64,000 nucleotides of DNA from positions 45,993-109,992 of the IMG/VR virus record IMGVR_UViG_3300020577_014401. One strand, given 5' to 3'. Under the pieces are notes generated by a model that made no database searches, had not been told where the DNA came from, and saw only the letters and a program-made list of their open reading frames with translations. Position numbers and translations under genes: made by a program. Below, in pieces: positions 58,102 to 64,000 of this stretch (its first letter is position 1; the number at the start of each line of letters is the position of its first letter). The stretch is from a virus (lineage: Duplodnaviria > Caudoviricetes).

Positions 58102-58725
58102 ATGAACTACGATCTGGCCCACCTCACGCAATCCCCTGATCAGGATGTGATGGGGCCGATTCAAGACGACGAGGCTCTTCTGCTTTTCGCAATCTGCCGT
58201 GTCGTATCCGCGTCGAGAATCGCCGAGTTCGGCGCTCTCGCCGGGTACTCGGCCGCCAACTTCTTGGCCGCTGTGGCGGGGGCTCCCGACGCGATGGTGT
58301 ACAGTGTCGATCAGAACAAGCCTTTGCGGCTCGGGCCCAAACACATTCCGATCGGGAAACTGGCCAAGGACGTCCAGCCTGAGGACTTCAACTGTTTGCC
58401 GCTCGACTTGGTGTTTTTCGACTGTCACGATTTTCGTGAGCAGTTGACCGCGTTCAACCGGTTGGCGACGGCTGGTGTCATTTCCAAGTCGACAATCATC
58501 GCCGTCCACGACACCGGCCCTCACCCGGCACCTCTGGTTCTTCATGAGCAATCGGTCGACGGCGGCTACCCGCACCAGAGGGCTGAGCGGGCCCTCGTCA
58601 ACGCGTTGCAGGATTACGGTTACGACTGCGTTTCGTTCCATACTTCCACTCCGGCCCCGCCCGTCAAATACCGGCATGGGCTGACCATCTGCAAGCAGCG
58701 ACATCGGTTCATCGATGTCGTCTAA
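58102..58725 (+). CDS. Class I SAM methyltransferase (Methyltransf_24-like)
   Basis: IAEFGALAGYS, YSVD, DLVFFDCH, IAVHDT. Confidence 0.8.
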   Translation: MNYDLAHLTQSPDQDVMGPIQDDEALLLFAICRVVSASRIAEFGALAGYSAANFLAAVAGAPDAMVYSVDQNKPLRLGPKHIPIGKLAKDVQPEDFNCLPLDLVFFDCHDFREQLTAFNRLATAGVISKSTIIAVHDTGPHPAPLVLHEQSVDGGYPHQRAERALVNALQDYGYDCVSFHTSTPAPPVKYRHGLTICKQRHRFIDVV

Positions 58726-58775
58726 TTAGTCTGGTTGCGGCTGTCACTATCTCCGGGGGCCGGTGTCCGGCTCCG
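58723..58775 (+). promoter_or_regulatory. Promoter-like motif TAAT-N16-GTCACTAT + hairpin
   Basis: Same architecture as 5741, 42849 and 63650. Confidence 0.45.
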
Positions 58776-58827
58776 CTCGCTGCGGGTGTTCCGCAGGGGC
58801 GGCGCCTCCTGCCCGCGGAGACATGGC

Positions 58828-60135
58828 ATGTTCAACGAATATCGGGTCTGCACTCACGACGGTGAGTTTCACGCTGATGACGTGTTCGGTGTCGCCGTCT
58901 TCCAGTTGCTGGCGGAACTGGAGTCCAAGCCCATCGAGATCCGCCGTTCCCGGAAGCCGCTCGACCTGGAATGGGCGAACGTGCTGATCGACGTCGGCGG
59001 CAAGCTCGTCGACCCCGAGCCGTTCCGGAACGATCAAATCTGCCTGGACCACCACCAGCCGGGCGGCGCCGGAAGGCGGGACACCGGAATCCCGTACGCG
59101 TCGTTCGGGCTCGCTTGGAGGGCGGTCGGCCGTCGGTTGATCGAGAATCTGCTCAAAGGCGGTCGATTCGAGAACATCACCCAGGCCGTTGTCACTCGTG
59201 TGTTCGACGAGGTCGACGGCACTCTGGTTGCGGCGATCGACGCCGTCGACAACGGTTTGTGGAGGGATCGCATCGACAGCGAGCACGGCGAGGTGCCGCA
59301 GTTCTCGCTGTCCCAGGTGATCTCGGAAATGAACCGGCCTTGGAACATGGACCGACCCGGCGGGCCCAAGTTCATCGGTGGTTGCACGTTCCAGGAAGCC
59401 GTCAATTTCGCGTGCGGGGTTCTGGTCAAGCGCATCTTCCGAGTGTCGGGGGCGATCGCGGCCGAGGCCCTGGTCGAAGCGGCTTACGTCACGAGGCACG
59501 ATCCGAGGATTCTCGTTCTCGGGGCGGGTCTTCCGTGGATGAAGTGTCTTCTCGAGAAACTGCAGGACAAGGAAGTCCTGTTCGTCGTTTACAAGGGTGA
59601 CGCTTCGACTCCGGTGTACATGCAGGCCGTTCCCAAGTCGCTTGACGACAAGACCCCACGCCTGAGGTTCCCGGACGAGTGGGGCGGGCTGGAGGGCCGC
59701 GAACTCAAAGAGAAGTTCGGACTCTCCGGGATGGTGTTCTGCCACCGACAGGGGTTCATCGCCGGGGCCAAGACTTACACGGATGCCTACGATGTGATTC
59801 GACGGGTCCTGGACGAGGATCGCGAGCGGACTCTGGTCGGCAACAGTCTTTCGTTCTGCGTCGCCGGCATCGTCGATGGTCAAGTCGATGAGAAGAAGGT
59901 CAAGAAGATCCGCTGTTCGTTCCGGGCTCCGTCTGACTTGGAGTCGCTCAAGTCAATGGTGCTCGAGCCGTACAGCAAGGCGTACTGGAGGAATCGACCG
60001 GAGCAGTCTGTCGCTTTGGCGATTCGCTTTTATGAGCAGGGCAGGCTGGAGTTCACCGGCGGCCACTATTGCCCGGATATCTGGGGCGACTACGAGCTCC
60101 GGTTGCTGAAGGATGGTCCGGCCGACAACGACTGA
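58828..60135 (+). CDS. MYG1-family (DHH-type) exonuclease with C-terminal extension
   Basis: THDGEFHADD, DVGG, DHHQ, YASFGLAW, IDAVDNG, FCHRQGFI. Confidence 0.88.
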   Translation: MFNEYRVCTHDGEFHADDVFGVAVFQLLAELESKPIEIRRSRKPLDLEWANVLIDVGGKLVDPEPFRNDQICLDHHQPGGAGRRDTGIPYASFGLAWRAVGRRLIENLLKGGRFENITQAVVTRVFDEVDGTLVAAIDAVDNGLWRDRIDSEHGEVPQFSLSQVISEMNRPWNMDRPGGPKFIGGCTFQEAVNFACGVLVKRIFRVSGAIAAEALVEAAYVTRHDPRILVLGAGLPWMKCLLEKLQDKEVLFVVYKGDASTPVYMQAVPKSLDDKTPRLRFPDEWGGLEGRELKEKFGLSGMVFCHRQGFIAGAKTYTDAYDVIRRVLDEDRERTLVGNSLSFCVAGIVDGQVDEKKVKKIRCSFRAPSDLESLKSMVLEPYSKAYWRNRPEQSVALAIRFYEQGRLEFTGGHYCPDIWGDYELRLLKDGPADND

Positions 60136-60150
60136 CCGCGAGGTCGGGTG

Positions 60151-60170
60151 AAGGGGCGGATGCCCCTTTT
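60151..60170 (+). terminator. Rho-independent terminator
   Basis: AAGGGGC-GGAT-GCCCCTT followed by TT. Confidence 0.6.
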
Positions 60171-60217
60171 CCTTAGCTCTTCTGGATTCGTTCGTGCCGA
60201 TCGACTAGACTCTCAAC

Positions 60218-60991
60218 GTGTACGACGAACCGCGAACATGGGAAGAAGTGCCGTGGGCGGTCCGCCGCGCCCTCGAACAGCCGTTTCGCAAACGTGCCAA
60301 CGGCATCCCGGGGATTGAGACTGCCGCCGACGTGCTCGGGTGGCGGGCTGGCGATCTCAACAGCCACTGGGGCGGCCCGAGGCCGGTCACCAATTTGCTG
60401 ATCGGTTCGGCTTTGGGGGCCGCTGGTGGCTGGGGTCTCGGTCGTTTGGCCGAGCAGTTTCTGCCGGAACGGTATTTCGACAAGGATGCGGTTCGCCGCC
60501 GGGCGATGCTGTTGGGTGCCGCGGCCGGCGCTCTTCCTCCCGCCTGGCAGGCCACACACAACATCCGGGCGACCGGCGATTTGTCGTCGGTGTTCGACCA
60601 GTGGCCGCCCCAGACGAAAGCTGGAGCTGATGCTTGGAACCGGGGCGGGCAGGATTTGTTCGACCCGATCATCCACCGCGATCAATTCAACCAGGCTGTG
60701 TGGGCGGACCCGTTCACGCCGCCTCGGCTGCAAGCCGCGACGTCGGGCCTGGTTGAAGGGGCCAGTGCGATCCGCGGAGGGTCCGATTACGTTTCTCCCT
60801 TCGACGTTGCTCGCATCGCCATGGGGGCCGGCGCCGGCCTCGTGAGCGGTGTGATCGCCGGCAAGGCCTTGGGCATGCTGGCCGGGCTGACACCGGAGGC
60901 TCAGCGTAAGATTCAAGACGTCGGACTCTGGAGTGGAACCATCAAGTCCGTCATCCCGCAAGTTCTTGGAGGGTCTCGATGGCAGGCGTGA
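60218..60991 (+). CDS. Putative virion protein with glycine-zipper hydrophobic segments
   Basis: GSALGAAGGWGLG, GAGAGLVSGVIAG; KRA motif. Confidence 0.65.
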   Translation: MYDEPRTWEEVPWAVRRALEQPFRKRANGIPGIETAADVLGWRAGDLNSHWGGPRPVTNLLIGSALGAAGGWGLGRLAEQFLPERYFDKDAVRRRAMLLGAAAGALPPAWQATHNIRATGDLSSVFDQWPPQTKAGADAWNRGGQDLFDPIIHRDQFNQAVWADPFTPPRLQAATSGLVEGASAIRGGSDYVSPFDVARIAMGAGAGLVSGVIAGKALGMLAGLTPEAQRKIQDVGLWSGTIKSVIPQVLGGSRWQA

Positions 60992-61518
60992 CAACAGGAC
61001 CGTACTACACAGCACCCGGGCGACGCCGTACTGTCGGGAAGCTCAGTGTGTGGGCGGAGGACGGCTTGATCTTCTGCGAGTGGCAGGACGAGTCGTTTCT
61101 CAAGACGAAGGACCCCGGCGAGGTCGAGGTTCTTGATGTTCCCGGAGCCAAGCGGTGGCTGCACGGGATGCACGACGACCTGGCTCACTGGGACGGTCTG
61201 CGGGAGGGGGCTCCGTCCCCCGACAAGCGGGCCTATGCGATCGAATACTACCATCGGCTCAAGGCCGAGATGGACGCGATTCGCGAGACCATCTACGAGG
61301 CCGAGCAGCAGGGTGACCAAAGCAATCCCGAGATCCGGTTGAAGAAGCTGCGTGCGTTTCTCCGCGGCCGTCGCGGCAGCGGCGGTCAGGCCCACAACGC
61401 TCTTCCGAGCCTGGACGGGTTGCTGTACCCGACTCCGTACGAGCGCCCGAGGATCTTCACGACCGGGAAGAACGACAACCGGGCGGTCTACTTCGACACG
61501 CCGAAACTTCCGCAGTGA
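60979..61518 (+). CDS. Hypothetical protein
   Basis: GGAGG RBS; coupled to neighbours. Confidence 0.65.
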   Translation: MAGVTTGPYYTAPGRRRTVGKLSVWAEDGLIFCEWQDESFLKTKDPGEVEVLDVPGAKRWLHGMHDDLAHWDGLREGAPSPDKRAYAIEYYHRLKAEMDAIRETIYEAEQQGDQSNPEIRLKKLRAFLRGRRGSGGQAHNALPSLDGLLYPTPYERPRIFTTGKNDNRAVYFDTPKLPQ

Positions 61519-61527
61519 GGTGGAACC

Positions 61528-62052
61528 ATGCCCGCGAAGAGCAAGGCCCAGTTGAGGAAATTGTTCGCCCTTGAAGCCGAAGGGAAGGTCCCGGAAGGGA
61601 CCGGTCGGCGGTGGGCGAGGCACACTCCCGACATCAAGAAGCTCCCCGAACACGTCCGCAAGAAGCAGGCGTTTGTCGCTTCTTTCCTCCTGCGATGCGC
61701 CAAGTCCGGTCTGACGACTCCGGAGCAGATCGCGGTGGAGGCGGAGAAGTACGCGGCTTGCCTGGAGAAGGCCGCCGAGGAGAGCTCCCTGGGCTCGTCT
61801 CTTCTCGGGCATGTCGCCGGGCTGGGCTCGCTCGGATTGGCGGCCGGTGTCGCTGCCCCGATCGTGGCCGGTTACGCCGGGGGCCGGCTCGCTGGTTCGG
61901 CGCACAACCAGATCGACACCGATGACGCCGAGTCGCTGCGGATCGCCGCCCTGGCCAACGCGTACCGGCGTCGCGCCGCTGAGGCGAAGTTGAACGCCCA
62001 GGTCCGCGACTTTGTCGCGACCGATCCTTCCAAGTACACGGTGCTTTCGTAA
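61528..62052 (+). CDS. Putative virion protein (MPxKSKAQ..KKLPE N-terminal motif, TM segment)
   Basis: N-terminal motif recalled from phage small proteins; KQA/KYA/KAA motifs; Gly-rich TM. Confidence 0.7.
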   Translation: MPAKSKAQLRKLFALEAEGKVPEGTGRRWARHTPDIKKLPEHVRKKQAFVASFLLRCAKSGLTTPEQIAVEAEKYAACLEKAAEESSLGSSLLGHVAGLGSLGLAAGVAAPIVAGYAGGRLAGSAHNQIDTDDAESLRIAALANAYRRRAAEAKLNAQVRDFVATDPSKYTVLS

Positions 62053-62468
62053 TGGGCCCCACTCCGAAATACCGCGGCCGGGAACTGGATGTCGACGGGG
62101 CCAGGCTCACCGCCAGGGCCCACCCGGACGGCTACCCGACGCGGGAAGAGCATGCTCGCAATGCTTTTCTCGAGAAGGAGCGGAAAGCGGCGGCGTCCGA
62201 GGTGTTTTACTACCGGTCCCAATTCTTCACTCTGCCGACCGAAAATGCGAAGTATGAGCAGGTGATGGACTGGATCGCCAACGGCCAGGCCATTCTCAGA
62301 CACCAGGAGCGGCACCGGAACGAAGACAGGACATGGGACGTGTGGGTGGAGTATCTTGATGTCCGCGGTTACGTGCCGACGGACGAAGAGATGTCCAGCA
62401 ACATCCCCGCGAAATCCGGACGGCCCGGGTTTGACTTGAACACCATTCTTGGCGGATTCGGGAGATGA
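62052..62468 (+). CDS. Hypothetical protein
   Basis: TAATG coupling. Confidence 0.65.
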   Translation: MGPTPKYRGRELDVDGARLTARAHPDGYPTREEHARNAFLEKERKAAASEVFYYRSQFFTLPTENAKYEQVMDWIANGQAILRHQERHRNEDRTWDVWVEYLDVRGYVPTDEEMSSNIPAKSGRPGFDLNTILGGFGR

Positions 62469-63652
62469 CTGTGGGCAAGACCAACTGCAAGCTCGCCATG
62501 AGCCCGGCCGAGTCCGATGCTCTGGAGCGAATTCTCCGTATCGCCGGTGTCGGCATTCTCGGCGGAGCCTCGCTCCGCACCGGCATCGAGTCGCTTCGTC
62601 AGTCGAACCCCCGGTACGAGCCCCCGAAGATTCCCGATCCGGTGATCGTCACCATCCCGAGGCCGGTCGACTCGGCTGAGCCTCCTTCGAAGTTTCCGGC
62701 GCTGAACCGCATGAAGATGCTCCCGCCGGCCCCGCATGCCAAGGGCGAGGCCCCGCCCAAATCGGCATCGTGGACCGTGGAGAACACCATCAAGGCTCTT
62801 CCGATGGGGGAGAAGCTCTGGGAGAACATTCCGCAGACGAGTTCGATTCTCGGTCCGGCCAACCCGACGTCCGGCAACGACATCCCTCTCACCTGGGCCG
62901 CCTACCCGCTCGCCGCCGCCGGTGGCACTGGAATCGGGTACGCTCTCTCCGACAAGATTCTGAGGGCCGCGGATCGCCGCCGGGCCCGGTCGGATCTCGA
63001 AGCCGCTCAGCGGGAGTATCAGGACGCCACGATCGGGCGGGCCAGGTCCATTCATTTCCCCGAGAAGTCGGCGGCGGAAATGACGGCCCTCATCGAAGGA
63101 CGAGACCCGGTCGACCCGGTCGTCGCCAGGATCAAGCGCGCGATCGATCGAGCGTACGCTGTCAGCCAGATCGCCGGCAGCACCGGCGGCGGTGGAGTGC
63201 CGAATGCGGTCTCGTCGGCTTTGACTTCGCCGCTCATGCCCTCGCCGGCCCCTGTGGCCAGCTCGATCGGCGCTCCCTCGGCGACTCTGTCGCAACCGGC
63301 GCCGCCGAAGTTGAAGACCACGATGCCGTCCGAGCCGGCGATGAACGGCAGCGGGGCCACCGAGCCGGATGCCATCAAGTCGTCCCAGGACCCGACGTGG
63401 ATGAAGAGGCTCACGGAGTGGATGTATCCCGGGTCCTACCTTGATGACGACGCGCTCAAGGCGCACATGCTGATTGCTGGAGCCGGGGCCGGTCTGGGCG
63501 GTTGGCTGGGCTATAACCATGGTCGAGACAAGGAGACCGCCGAACAGAATCGTCGGGCGATCCGCCGCGTCGACCGGGAGAACGCCTCGGCGATTCCGGC
63601 TCCGATGATCGCGCAGTTCGTGCCCGTTCAGAAGCAGCAGCCGGCCGTGTAA
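62465..63652 (+). CDS. Putative virion protein with repeated Gly-zipper TM modules separated by K-x-A motifs
   Basis: KLAM, KSAS, KSAA; GGTGIGY, GAGAGLGGWLGY. Confidence 0.7.
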   Translation: MTVGKTNCKLAMSPAESDALERILRIAGVGILGGASLRTGIESLRQSNPRYEPPKIPDPVIVTIPRPVDSAEPPSKFPALNRMKMLPPAPHAKGEAPPKSASWTVENTIKALPMGEKLWENIPQTSSILGPANPTSGNDIPLTWAAYPLAAAGGTGIGYALSDKILRAADRRRARSDLEAAQREYQDATIGRARSIHFPEKSAAEMTALIEGRDPVDPVVARIKRAIDRAYAVSQIAGSTGGGGVPNAVSSALTSPLMPSPAPVASSIGAPSATLSQPAPPKLKTTMPSEPAMNGSGATEPDAIKSSQDPTWMKRLTEWMYPGSYLDDDALKAHMLIAGAGAGLGGWLGYNHGRDKETAEQNRRAIRRVDRENASAIPAPMIAQFVPVQKQQPAV

Positions 63653-63706
63653 ATATCCGGCTATCGGTCGTCACTATCCTTGGGAGGCCGGGCATTTTGC
63701 CCGGCC
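63650..63706 (+). promoter_or_regulatory. Promoter-like motif TAAA-N16-GTCACTAT + 9-bp hairpin, with the ATATCCGGCTAT palindrome in its spacer
   Basis: Seen directly in the sequence. Confidence 0.55.
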
Positions 63707-63957
63707 CTTTAGCTTCTCGGAGGTATCGACTGGTGTCATCCAAGGAACGCAAGATTCGGGAATTCCTGAACGAGGAGATCAACGGCAAGCACGGCATGTC
63801 CGAGCGACGGTACGCTGCTGAATTCGTACTCGACTCGTTGAGCGACACGGACAACCCGCAGATCGAGAAGGACATCGGTTCGTGGGCGGTCCAGATGGCC
63901 CGCAGTTTGGAAGGCTTCTGCGGCGATCTCGCCAAGCAGCTCGCCAAGATCAAGTGA
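63697..63957 (+). CDS. Small hypothetical protein (true start probably GTG near 63733)
   Basis: GGAGG before GTG; protein-like composition. Confidence 0.5.
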   Translation: MPGPLASRRYRLVSSKERKIREFLNEEINGKHGMSERRYAAEFVLDSLSDTDNPQIEKDIGSWAVQMARSLEGFCGDLAKQLAKIK

Positions 63958-63961
63958 CCGC

Positions 63962-63992
63962 ACCGGTCCGGCTTCAACGCCGGACCGGTTTA
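63962..63992 (+). terminator. 11-bp hairpin, probable terminator
   Basis: ACCGGTCCGGC-TTCAAC-GCCGGACCGGT. Confidence 0.5.
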
Positions 63993-64000
63993 CCTTAAAC

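Noticed and set aside
1-64000. Stop-codon reassignment, inteins or introns, tRNA genes
   Set aside because: Conserved genes are full length under the standard code and end at TAG, TGA or TAA. No intein-sized insertions were seen in TerL, DnaB or Pol, and no tRNA cloverleaf was recognised by eye.
1-64000. Frequent CGATCG/GTCGAC/TCGA words (HIP1-like)
   Set aside because: Plausibly explained by ATC/GTC/GAC/GAG codon preference; enrichment cannot be shown without a codon-shuffled control.

Overview
GC-rich (roughly 60-65% by eye), densely coding segment that reads as part of a large dsDNA (jumbo-like) bacteriophage genome rather than a cellular chromosome. Almost all real genes are on the + strand. 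Head genes are scattered: a GpA-type terminase large subunit (- strand) and a probable portal lie about 27 kb apart. There is a complete replication/recombination block (Mre11/SbcD, Rad50/SbcC, UvsW-like helicase, DnaB, primase, UDG-fused PolA, probable SSB, RecA/UvsX, DEDDh exonuclease, RuvC, Dam) and a MoxR-AAA/VWA/DUF3150 module. Glycan machinery is rich: HldE ADP-heptose synthase, three GT9-like and two GT2 glycosyltransferases, UDP-galactopyranose mutase and several SAM methyltransferases, with a Cys-rich/Thr-linker protein as candidate substrate. Putative virion proteins carry recurring K-x-A motifs. Most notable unexplained signals: (i) a locus at 18.1-19.6 kb with a 30-bp repeat-spacer-repeat, a hairpin cluster, 51-bp periodic repeats and a degenerate pC194/pUB110-type rolling-circle Rep homolog; (ii) a near-palindrome GATATCCGG(C/A)TATC found 9 times across the window, often at gene junctions; (iii) a TAAW-N16-GKCAYTAT-hairpin promoter-like family. 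No tRNA, rRNA or cas genes were seen. A Planctomycetota host is only a weak guess. All protein assignments come from motif recognition by eye, not database searches.
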